Positions 1 through 12,500 of a stretch of DNA of 64,000 nt are shown piece after piece. The DNA comes from Styela clava (taxonomy: Eukaryota): contig NC_135255.1 of assembly GCF_964204865.1 (NCBI RefSeq), forward strand, positions 20,336,001 to 20,400,000, read 5' to 3'. Numbering within the stretch: the stretch's first letter is position 1; every line of letters starts with the position of its first letter. A program made the position numbers and the translations under genes. The notes beneath the pieces were generated by a model. The model was not told where the DNA came from. It searched no databases and was given only the letters and a program-made list of their open reading frames with translations.

Positions 1-156
1 ATCACAATTATTTGCATTCTCTATTCGCCGCACTGTAATTTCAGGCGCATAGTAATCTTCGACTCCCACATTGACGACATTTGTATCTAATCGCAATATC
101 CCAAGGACTACCGTGATAGATGAAGCTGATGTAATGTTATATACTTATTATTTTAG

Positions 157-824
157 ATCACAACGCTCAGACCATGCCAACACAGCACACGTGACTGATC
201 TTGATTCTACTGAAATGGGAAACATAAGATATACAGGACAAAACGGAACGTTAGGTAATATGTTAGTAATTTCAAAGACAGCGCTGGGATATGCTAGAAA
301 GTTGCACTTTTCGTGTCCATCCGTTTTTAAATCTTGGGGTGTTTTTGTTATTTTTGTTCAACGCGCGTTATTGTCGTTTTTTATTAATCGGACATCAGAA
401 ACAACTCTCATGTTGGTGCTCGGTTACCCGATCCAGATTAGATATTTCCGAATTCTAATTCCAACAATGTCTCAATGTCTCATTTTGAACTTTCAATATT
501 TGTTTACAAAGCTCATTCGAACCCACAGGCATTCAACTAGATCGGTTATTAAATAAATAAATATTGACTCAATATTAACTAATGTTTCTGACAAAGTAGG
601 GGGCTTAAGGTAAACACTAATACCCTACAACAAGGACAATAAATTCCAGTATTAGATTTAAAATGTATTCAGGTACCGATGGATACGAAGAAGTTGAAGC
701 TGGGCCATCTGGCGGATATGAAGAGATACGACAAGCAACTGATGGATACGAGAAAGTGCAAATAAGGGCAACAACTCAGGAACAAGAAAACGGATATAAA
801 GACACGTATGCTAACATCGCATGA
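157..824 (+). CDS. Gene 0 (5'-truncated by window): last two exons of a class A CUB receptor, ITAM-like cytoplasmic tail
   Basis: Exons 157-254 (SQRSDHANTAHVTDLDSTEMGNIRYTGQNGTL) and 673-824 (GTDGYEEVEAGPSGGYEEIRQATDGYEKVQIRATTQEQENGYKDTYANIA*), with canonical AG/GT sites. Lengths (98 and 152 nt) equal the homologous exons of genes 2 and 8. Confidence 0.85.
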
Positions 825-3453
825 AAGTCGGAAAGCAAATATTGTGCAACAACACAGTGAAAACTTTTCTCTTATCAACCGACTCTCTTCTACAGAGCAT
901 TGATATTAATCACTTCTTTGTAGAATTTGCAATGACTTCATACGAAATAATTAGTTGCCGTCAAATTATTTCCTGTTTTATCTGAACAGAAATGTTTGGT
1001 GTTTCATGCCGTTCGAATGATTGCTTGGATATTAAAGAACTTCAAACAATTTGACCAAATAAAACTTACATGGGAATGAAAAAACGTCTTTTTTATAATT
1101 TATCTATTTTACCTATTTTTATCAACTATACAATTTTCTTCAAATGTTAGTATATTATTGTCGATTTGTAGCGAACTAAACTATCTATTTTACTTAATAT
1201 TATTATATGTATTCCCGACAGTTCTTCATATATGTCCCGAAGATAGTTTGATCTGATAGCGTACAACACTGTGGGAGCTCATCCCATATTTTCAAAAATA
1301 TGTTTTTTTATTAAATTTTCACACTATTTCATATAAAACTAGAATTCTGCAGTAATCTAAAAGCAGCGATATTCCATTGAGTTCGACACATTTTTAAATG
1401 CGTGGCTGTCGGCATCCTATTATAATAATGTTCCGAATCTGGTTCATTATTTTTCATCCTAAATACGACATTATCCTAACCATGTCATTAATTAAATATA
1501 TATCCCTGTCAAGGCCCGAACCAAAATTAGGCTTCATTTTAGAAAAACCAAATCGAAGAAATAATGAAATAAAGCCAATGATCTTAGAATGAATAGCTTG
1601 TCTGCGCAAAACTATCTCAACCAAGACAGTTCAAAGCAAGTAAGAGCTATTCTCCGATTAGTCACCAATGATGCGTTCAATCTAAGCAAGACTATGGCTT
1701 TGAACTCTGGTCTTTAAATTGGCACTTTACATATGTTTTCAAGTAAACCCCTTACACAATTGTTGTTGTTCAAGAGCCGTTGCTACGAACCCCGCGGTCA
1801 GTATCAGTAGTTTCTAAGTTCTAGAATTTTGAAACATTTTCCATCATATATTAAAACCTTTGGTGTCGCTGCTCGATCACGAGACTTTGTATGTGTAATA
1901 TAATAATAAATACTTGTCATTTAAACTTGAAGGATGAATCATTTGGCGACGCCTGGTTTTGAGACAACACACAAAGGGTATGAATACGCTATGGCGCAGC
2001 TTCGCATCTTTTTTAGTTTGACGTTTTTACACACTTTTCACTCCTAACAAGGCCGGGCGCCCCAGAAGTGTGTGAACTACTCGCCTACCGTGTAAAATGA
2101 CTGATACCTATGGGCAGGGGGTATATTCACTTGGCTAACACAAACAGTCCCCAAGCTCGTTATAGAACTTAAATAAGGTAAATCGGCCTAACCTGGTTCA
2201 TATACTACGCGAGTACCCGAAGTCATGCATGAGTAGTCATTGATATATAAGATATCTTGAATAACCGGGAGCGTAGCAGTCGGCATTGTTTAATTCATTG
2301 TACCCTGAGCGAGGTGACAGGCATGGATTACAATGGTTCTTACGAAACTGTTTGTGGGCCACGGTCTCCGCCCCTACTATTAATACGAGCTCAAACGCAT
2401 ACCCTGGTATAACCGAACAAGAGGCCGTTGGTCGCGATATCAATACGTTGGATTTGATTCGGCTGTGCTCTCAAGAGATATAAACGAATTTTTATTCTAT
2501 TTTAAACATGGAAACATCCGATGTACGTCTGATAAGCGTTTGTTGAGTTATCGAAAGCATAAGCAAAGACATGATTAAGTTGCGTTAATGAGAATTTGTT
2601 GCGTAATATGACACGAAGGTGAAATGAAAAGCAAAAACATGGATTGGGTATATATATAGGTTGTATATAAATAGGCCTACCTGTTTTTTGTACGACTTGT
2701 CCTATCTTGTTCAGTCAGACTTCTTTCAAGCCAGATAGATTGTGTTTTCAAAGAATAAATTTACAATGAAAACAAAAAAGTCCTGACTACTTTGTTGTGA
2801 TAGTGCATAATTTTTAATGCATGCCTACGGGATCCAATCCTAGATTTGCTCATTTTTTATATATGACCCATGCCAAATTATAATTCGCATAGCTAAGATA
2901 AGTCACGGGCCATATATAAATGTTGAGCAAATCTATGAACGGAACTCGTAGGCATGCACACTAAAAATTATGCACTATCACAACAAACTTGTCAAGACTT
3001 TTTTGCTTTCATTTTAAAAGACAAACATCTGACTGATTCAGACAGGATAAGACGTCGGTCGTCAAATATAAATTTATTTTTCGAAACACAATCAATCTGG
3101 CTTGAAGGAAATCACAGATTTGTGAGTTTTCGTAGCAGGAATATAGCAGATAGCAGGTACAGTCAAGACACCACCAATAAAAAAATATCGATATATTTTG
3201 TATTACTCTGTGTTTCTAAGCGCACAGGCTCCAGACGGAGTTTCGAGTGTTATATGTAATCGGAGTCGATATTCGAACCAGTTTAATAATTTCCTGATTA
3301 ATTCTGGTCAAATATATTATTTTCGATGTAATTTTCCTTTTTATCTAGTACCAAAGATCTTGGTTTATTGAACATGATTTGGTCGTGGATCGCCATCTTT
3401 CTTATAGGTGAGTAAACAAGAAGACAGGGAAAAGCAATTAATTGTATTCTAAC

Positions 3454-4023
3454 TGGGCTGGGAATTTCAGTGAAACTGCTTCAACCGCTAACCGGGTAAC
3501 CGCAGCGTCAGGTTATGTCACAATGGTCCTAGATCAATTTCGCAGTTCTGGCCCATTGGAGATTGGAGTGGTTAAAAGTTGATAAATCCGGATTTAAACA
3601 CGTAGCGGTAATAGCGCAAAATAGATGGCATCTTCTGTAGAAAGCCCGAGCCACTAATGTAAAAATGTGATACTTGAGAAAACCACGTTTTAAAATTAAA
3701 AATGGTAATTATCCATCTAGAGTTGGGAATGATTTGGAAGTTTAATTTGAAACATTATATTGTGACCGGAAACTGATTCTGAACTTATCATTGTCAAGTT
3801 TTATATTCAGCAATACTCCGATTATTTCCTTACATTTCCTTGATGCTAACGAATAAAATGAGTGATATCTTTTTGAATTCAAGGCCAAAATAGATAAATT
3901 GTGATAAACTATTCATTTGAAGAAATTGTGCAGTACCAAGGTGATTATTACCTGAGATGTCAGTTAACGGTAAAAAAACGTAACTGTTAACAATTTAATA
4001 TTGGTTAACCATTCCCAGCCCTA
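3454..4023. mobile_element. Non-autonomous hAT-like MITE in intron 1 of gene 1
   Basis: TIR TGGGCTGGGAAT...ATTCCCAGCCCTA; perfect 8-bp TSD ATTCTAAC (3446-3453, 4024-4031). The paralogous intron of gene 8 (~41091) has the empty site. Confidence 0.85.
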
Positions 4024-5597
4024 ATTCTAACTAAGTAGTGAACCAGCAAATAATTTTGACATAAAATGCTGCCATGCTTATCATGTTCCTGATAAAAAAA
4101 AAAATTGCATTACTTATTTTTCACTAATAGCATTCGTCGGCAAATTCTAATCTTGCTAGCTGTGGTTGCTAAGTTTGCTGAAAAAGCAGTCGCTAAAAAT
4201 ACCAATTTTACTATTTTTAATTTCTTCTTCATATGCCTACTCTAACCATTTGTTCAATGTGTTAAATCTATCTATATTGTTTAACACATCAAATCCTAGG
4301 TACTTCAAACGATTATAGAAAATTAAAACACTTGGTCGGACAAAAAAACCACTCTGCCCAAACACTACGAAAATCTCATAAAAGTATAAACGATTTTTTC
4401 AATGTAATTTTGTATTTTAGGCTCCTTAGCAGGTAGTAATGGTCAGTGTGGTGGAAAAGAAATTAACATAACAGGAGGAAATGGTGTAATAAGTTCTCCA
4501 AATAATTCCAAAGAATATGGAAGAAGTGCAAACTGTTCATGGAATTTCACTCCTTCGGAAGATTACGCCCTCGTGTTAACAATCACGTATCAGAGGCTTT
4601 ATATAGTCACGCTAGGAAACATAAAGCTATGCTTGGGATCGTACAGTCTTACAATAAATAACGGTATGGGATATGAAAATACTTGGATTTACTGTTGAAA
4701 ATATAACTTGCTCTACAAAAAACAACGGTTAGAATGTAGATGACCTTGTTAACCTAACTCATGCTCTATTTCATTCATTAAGGAGTGGTTAGCTATTTAA
4801 CGATGATGTGATAAAAAATAATCATCAACACATACTCTGTAACGATCAGGCTTCCCATATGTATTGATGATTATTTTTTATCACGTCATACCCTAATAGT
4901 AGTGCTCTATGTCAGACTATATTGTAAATCGGGGAGCATTCCTGACTGCGAATTCTATTGCTCAATCGTGTGAAATACCATTTATTCAATTCAGATACAC
5001 AAGAATGTACGCGATACGTTGATGCTACATATTCAGGTTAGCTGATTGAACCCTTTGAATACTTCGACTCTATGTGCGGCAGCGATGCAGAGAATAATGT
5101 TCGCGTTCAGTATGTATCGGACGGACGCACATATAATGGTTCGGGAGCAGTGACAGGCACAATGGGTTTTAAAATTCAGTACAAGTTTCTACAATGTTCC
5201 ACAGTTATAGGTAAGTTTTGGATTTATTTCTGAACAATAAATATGAAATTTTTCTGTGGAAATGAAACTTCAAGTTTCAGTCATTATTAATTTGGCCTTT
5301 TGATTTTGAAGTATTCACTGACACAAGTCAGGAATCACAAAATAAGGCAGTTATATCAAATATAACGTTTGAAATTGGATAATTCCTTGTTTTCTAAGAA
5401 ACAACGACTGAATACGACCAACAAGCGAGTACCAATCCAGACAACAACCATTCCGTTTCTACCTCAAATGTAGCCCCGCACTCGACCGTTGCTACGATAA
5501 GTGCAACCGAGATTACACAGACCGATACAACAACGAAGTCCGCTATCACGGGTAAGCGTACAGATTAATTTCTCCTGACAGTTATTATATTCTATAA

Positions 5598-5779
5598 CAG
5601 GGGAGTGCAACTAGCTATACCTGAGCTTGTGCGAAGCTAGCAAGGTATGTCATAACATCAATTACCAACGTTTTTGTACCTGCAACTATTAGAAATCATA
5701 TATTGAATAAAGGTGCAGGTCGCGGTTTTGCCCAGATGTTTGTATTTGTCCCTCCTGTATTAAAGGTTGCACACCCCTG
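5598..5779. mobile_element. Short hAT-like MITE
   Basis: Ends CAGGGGAGTGCAAC...GTTGCACACCCCTG; flanks TTCTATAA/TTCTAAAA (8-bp TSD, 1 mismatch). Confidence 0.7.
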
Positions 5780-8641
5780 TTCTAAAACATAAAAAACAAA
5801 ACATCTTTGAAATTTTTATTGGGTAAATACTAAATGAACGTTTCAAGATTTTCAGTCTAAATAGGCCTGCAGTACATATAGCTTAGCTTAAGAATTTTTT
5901 CACCGTGACTGAAGCTGTGGTATTCGTGTTTAATATAGGTCCAAGATTTACTCTCAATAGTTTGGTGACAAAGAAAATTTTAAGCATCATATGAAATAGA
6001 TCCCACAGTGTATTCTGAAACTCAGTAAATACTGTAATTGTCGAGTAACGTATGTTTAGTGAGACAAATCAAGAAGTCAAATCCAATTGAAACCGGAAGC
6101 CCTCAAAATTATTTTACAAGCTAATCAAATCCACAAAAGTTCATACTAAATTATACGTCTTTTGCATTATGCTGAAACGAGCAAACGCAAATAATGAGTT
6201 AAATTTCTCATCTAACTAAAAAGATAATATTTAAATTTCCCATTGAATGTAGTGCATAAACTCTAATAAACCCGATGTAAACAAATACATCTTACAATTA
6301 GGTCTGTTGTTATGTGAACTATCATGCAGCAGAAAATTAATCATTCAGAACTATTTCCTATTATAACAGATACAGAAAACGATGATGCAGCATCCAAAGA
6401 AACTGATGGGAATTCAGATGGGATAAGCGACACCGCAAAGCTTTTCCTCGTTTCTATCCCAGGATTCATTGGCATTATCATACTCGTGGTGACTGCAATC
6501 GTATTTTGCAGGAAAAGAGGGTAATCAACTAAAATACTTCCTTGATAAGGCAATTCAATATTTGTCTTGGTTATACACGTACAGAGATAAGTATATAATT
6601 AGCATAAGCCGAACGGATATCTTGCATAGGCGCAATGTATAGTTACTGCGTTGAACCAAACCATATAATCGTTGCTTATAAGATATTTCATATTCAACCC
6701 CAGTGACTTGAGTAGGCAATTCCGAACGAAAAAGCTTTCAGTTCCAATAATTTTAGCTTTCCAATCTAAGTATCGCGGCCTTGCCCAGAGCCTTGTTCGC
6801 AGTGAAAGTCTGAAAACGCCTTCAGCTTCTGAATCCACCCAAGGTAACATTTCATGAGCGTTGTATAAGTCAAAGTTAAAGTTGAATATAATTGAAAAAA
6901 TATGATAAAAAATATAAGTAATGAATATCATTGCGATAATACGAGGATATATTTTAACAGGGACAAATCTCAAAAATATAAAAATTTTGAAAAAGACAAT
7001 GTTGGTGAAAATAAGATGGGAAATGCTGAATCTCCAATCCAAGAACCTGACCACGACACTGCTACAGGTACAAACTTAATAAATAGATCGTGATACGGGA
7101 ACACATCCCAAGTTGACTAAAATCTTATATCTAAAACCTCCTCTTCAATTTTAAAAACGTTTCGCTCTCGAAAGGAAGCGCTGAGTACAAAAAAATGAAC
7201 ATGATGAACTCTTGAGAAAATAATAGTGTACGATCGTTTTAATTGAAAAAAGTTTTTGCCAAGTTGCAAAGTCATATAAACTTGTCTAAAAGCAGTATCG
7301 ATTTAAATTAAAAGCGAAATTATATCAGTATATATTTCAGCCGAAAATAATGAGCCGACAACCTCAACAGTTCAAGACGAGGAAACTCCGTATGCAATCA
7401 TGTATTCTGCTCTTGCTCGGAAAGACAAAGAGGGGGATGCAAATGAATTATTATGGGGTAAACTAAATATTCCGATTACAAAAACATTTGTAGTGAGAAA
7501 GATCACAAATGAATGAGCAACGTTCACATATCATAACGTATCTCAGGGTCTCTACAACTATTCTGCATTGATCCAAGAACACATCAAATCGCATAAAAAA
7601 TCATTTCATGGAATCAAATGCAATATGTTTTTTTTTAGATGAAAAGAAAACATCGGCAATTGAAGAAGACGAGCATAAATACGACATGTATTCTGCCGTT
7701 GTACGAAAGACTGAAGGAGGTGACAAAGAGACGATTCATGTGTGATCGCCCGATAGTTTTCCTACTTTTTCATACGATGACGGCTTGCTTATGTTTTAGA
7801 AGTCTGACTTGCTCTTCACACCTTGATTTTCAAATTATAACCCAAGCTTATAGTGAAAGTGAGAAGGGGGACTGGGAATTATTAGACACGTTTGCTTAAT
7901 TTTTGTTTGTTTTTGGCAGTCGTGTTAATTTTGTAATTGGGATTGTTTACTTTGTGATTAATTACTGGGCCAATCGCGTTCAAATATTATATCATGAGCT
8001 GATAATAACATCACTTCTATACATTCTCTGGAACCCCAACTTTTTAGATTTTTCATCTAACGCTATCTGCGAGCTTACGTCCATCGAAATAAGTCAGTTC
8101 ATGGTGCTCAGCGCCAGTACCCTTTCGTTTTCGTTCATTTAACTTAATGTATATTATTAGTATTGGACTCTTTATTATTAACAACTATCCATGGATTTAA
8201 TCGACTCCCTACGCTTGTATCTGTCTCTCTCAACTGTTTCTGGGTTCTTTTTAATTGAATTAACTGAGCAATGCAGATAACGATTCATGAGCATTTTTAT
8301 TATTTTATTATCTTTAAAACAGCATATTATCGTAGCTGTAATCTTATTATTTTACTTTTCTCTGCTTGGACTGGAAAATTCTCACATTTAATAATATTAT
8401 TTGTCTTGCTGCATTCAAACAAGTCTTTTGTTTTTTAAGCCTTAAAACTGTCAAGCAGGAAAACGTAAGATTTAAATTGACACAGACATTTTGCATACCT
8501 ATACACCTATTAGCAACAATCACTTATATAACGCCATTGATTTAGCTGGAGCAATTGCATCACGCCAAATACCTTTTTGAAAATCACCAATGAGATCGCG
8601 TGTTTCTTAGTTTTAAAATCTCGATTTGTTAGTGTTTAGAC

Positions 8642-8891
8642 CAGGGGTGGGCACGGTTTTTGAACCACGGACAAACATTTTGCCCACCTAGACAGCGCAG
8701 AGGTAGAAGAGGAGAACAATAAGCCTCGTGCTAAAACTAAATTTAATCGCAATCTCAACAAATTCCTTGAGCTACCTTTTAGCTGAAACATCAAAACTTG
8801 GTTTTACCTTGGTTGTGGCAACATCGGACGGGTCTGATTGGATTACCAAACGGGCCGGATTTAGCCCGCGGCCATAGCTTGCCCCTGTCAG
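8642..8891. mobile_element. Short hAT/Charlie-like MITE
   Basis: Starts CAGGGGTGGGCA, degenerate right end TTGCCCCTGTCAG; 8-bp TSD GTTTAGAC on both sides. A truncated paralogous copy lies at ~56884. Confidence 0.7.
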
Positions 8892-9562
8892 GTTTAGACG
8901 TTGCTGCATAATATGTTTACACAAACCCACGTGATGCGATGACAAATCGTAATGTTTGGCCCCTAGTTGAGCTAGTGCTATCGTGCAAATTACACCAGTG
9001 ACTTGTTTTCCTTATCTCTCATATTTCGCGTGGGAAATGAATGATGTTTTCAAAACATTAACTGTTTCCATAGCCTGAAGTCTGAGTGGTAGTTGCACGC
9101 CAACGTCACAGTTATTTTGCTTAGTTTGCGTAAGCAAAGCAGTAGTTGAAGATATGAATTAAGAAAAGTTGCAGTATTGCCGGTATGGACATGGCCACTA
9201 ACATATCACGAGTTGAACGCCCAATTAGAACTTTAGCAAAATGATATACATGTTTGTAGTTTTCGAGCGAAATTAACATTCAATATAGCAGTTGACAGAA
9301 ATAATTGAAAAACTACTGAGACACCATTGTTGGGAGTAATAGAGTTATGTATTACTGAATAGTTAATAGGCTTACACAATACAAATGTCGCCATTGAGTG
9401 ACAATTAGAGATGTGCAATCGGACTACAAGGATTTTTATATCCGATATTGTTTGGCATGCTACAATATTATGTATCAATTGATTTTAATTGAATATTTTC
9501 GATATTATGGTCACTTTGTTATTACTTCTAGACTAAGACGAAATAGATTAGTTTGATAAAAC

Positions 9563-12500
9563 ATGGTTTCTTCGTTGATCGCCATCTTGATTTTAGGTAA
9601 GTAAAGCAAGTAACAATAATCAACTGTATTTTATATATACCGTATACGATAACAAACTACGACAGAAATTATTCTCAGATTTCTGATCAAAAATCTCGCA
9701 TTTCCCATATTTTATCGATAAATCTTAGTCCCGCTCAGCTCAAAAGAAAGTTACAAAAAAACTATTTGCGCGAAATATCAATTTAACAATGTTTTTATTT
9801 TTCTGCCATTTCAAGTGTTGAATCTATCCCAACCAAGGACACATTAAATCCCAGATACTTCGATTTGAAGTATTACTTTTCCAACTGCTGCCTACTCTTT
9901 CTCATATTATCGCATTTCCGTTACTGTCAAGAAAAATCATTTAATAGCACAACCTTATACAATAACCTCATTTTCCGTACTCTAGGCGCTGTATCCGGTG
10001 ACAACAGTCAATGTGATGGAGAAGAGATGAACATAACATCAGGAAACGGTGCAATAAGTTCTCCAAATTATCCCAAAGAATACGGAAGAAGTGCAAATTG
10101 CTCATGGAAATTCACTCCTTCGGAAGGTTACGCTCTCGTTTTGACAATCACATATCAGAGGCTTTATATTCTTGAAACTTCGGGAAAGCTATGCTTGGGA
10201 TCTTATGTTCTCTCCATAAACAATGGTTAGTATTACGCCAATATTAGTTGAGAATTTACAGAAGTTCTCTCGTATGAGTTGGGGTTGAACAATTTAGGAA
10301 AACCAAACAAGCTATGCTTGGGATTTTGTGTGCCTTTCCATAACCAATAGTAGTTAGTGAATATAGCGATATTTGAATTGAATGTAGAAAATTCACTAGC
10401 TTGGATTTGAATAAAATCTCACAATAAAGTGGTTTCCAATTTATTCTCAATACATTTGATTGATTGATTTTTTACCCTCGATTTATCAACTCTGAAAATG
10501 CTACGTAGTCTTATTCCTAAACATGTGCATGGCAAGGCCAGATTAGGCTTGCCACGATGGAGTGATAAAACGACGCTCCCGTAGTATGTGCACCAAGATG
10601 ACGAACATAGTTCGTGTACCAGGTTAGGATGAGGTCATAATTTTATTCCAATTTTCCTTATTTTAGTTCTATCACGAGTTCGGAGACTAGCCAAGTGACT
10701 CCCGTAGTATTTGTATCTGAAATTATGGCCTAATCCTAACCTGGTATACACACTTCGTTCCGGTATCCGCCATCTTGGTTCACATACTACGGGAGTACCG
10801 ATAAAACTATATTTGATGCACAGGAAGATACATGGATGGTATACGTGCCGCTACATTGATTGAAGTTTCCCATGTGAATCGGAAAACGAACCGATGATAG
10901 GAATCTGTTGGAATTGTCGATAAAACAGTAATCGACATCATAAAGGAATCGGCGGATATTTGCCAATGTTTCTGAATGTCATAAAAGTACTCATTCGAAA
11001 TAGCCTCTTTGCTTACTAGTATCGCGCAAAGGCAAAATAGTGTGTTCATTTTACAATGAATGTCAAAACGATAAAATTAAATTCAGATGCACAAGATTGC
11101 TCGAGATATTTAGATGCCAGATATTCATATACACTGACTAAACCTTTCGAATACTTCTGCGCTGGAGACGCAGGGAATAAATCGAGTGTTCATGTTCAGT
11201 ATATATCGGACGGGCGAACATATACTGGTTCGGAGAATGTGATTACAGCAGCAATGGGTTTCAGCATCCAATACAAGTTTTCACAATGTTCCACAGTTAC
11301 AGGTAAGTCTTGAACAATAAATATGAAATATTTCAATCAAAGTCACTAAACTTATTTATAATAAGTCTTCTTCAAACAAAGACGAGTAATCATGCACACG
11401 CATAAAGATTTTTGTGCATGGAATTATTTGAAAGAACGAATCTTCTCCATTCGGTGTTTCCAACTGATTTACATATTGATTTACACACGCGAACATTGAG
11501 TGTGCTAGATGTGGCAAGTGTTTGAAAGCGTAAGACAAAAAAATGACCCTTGATTCTAGTGAAAACCATTGGCTATTAGGAACGAAGTGTATAAGTGGAA
11601 AAATAAAACATAAATTATTCATTTTAATGCAGCACGCGCTCACCTGGATACAACTAATGCTCCTACTACCACACACTATCCGTCTTATCCCACTACTGAC
11701 GTAGTCAACACGGTTGAAATATTACCCAATACTGCAAATTTGGAAGTGGTTACTCGTATTAACGCTAAGACAACAGGTTTTAAAATCAGACCAGAAATAG
11801 GCATCACGTCGGATCGTTCAACAATCACCCCATCGCAAAATACTATGGGTAACTATGAATTTTGTATGTAATATTTAACCATCGGATGATGAAACCCATC
11901 CTGGGTAAAATTACCCCATTTTAGTACATGGTGTCGTTGCTTTTCTAAGTTTGTCCGAATATTCTTTTGCGTTCTATATTTAATCTGCTAATTGTTAGAT
12001 GACGTGCTGTGTACTGAGTGATCAGTTATGGACATTCAGTCTTTTTTTTCATCCCACTGCATAAAACTGCATTCGAAATTGATTGAGCGATTCAAAGGTT
12101 ACTATATACAGTACTTGTAACAGGAACAGTCAGCATATGCGCTGATAGACATTCGAGCACAAGTGGGATGAGTCAAACAACTCTAATTCTCCTCCTCTCC
12201 ATACCGGAATTTATCTTTGTTTTACTCATGATCGTGGCTGGGATTGCATTCTACAGAAAAAGACGGTCCGTATTATTTATGATTGGAATTATAAATCCTA
12301 ATCTTTATCCTAAAGCTTAATGATCCGATATTCATTTCATCGCCAACCGACACTAACAAAATATGAAACGATATGTGAATTCCTAAATTTTCTTAGAAAC
12401 CAAAACTGGTTACTGGGCAATGGCACACGGGATCAAAAAGTACTCAGGACAATTTATTTCATAAATTTGCAACAATGATGAATCTTCTCGTAGCCAGAGT

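Larger units (their letters stand above)
3374..7745 (+). pseudogene. Gene 1: class B (ITIM) CUB receptor, probable pseudogene or null allele
   Basis: Exons 3374-3407 (MIWSWIAIFLIG), 4421-4663, 4995-5210, 5399-5551 (S/T stalk), 6370-6520 (TM LFLVSIPGFIGIIILVVTAIVFC), 6961-7067, 7341-7433 (IMYSAL), 7639-7745 (DMYSAV...ETIHV*). In-frame TAG at 5039-5041; donor GT replaced by GG at 7434-7435. Confidence 0.8.

Noticed and set aside
5039-5041. Stop-codon readthrough or recoding of the TAG in gene 1
   Set aside because: Not shared by any paralog and accompanied by an independent splice-donor loss; ordinary inactivation is simpler.
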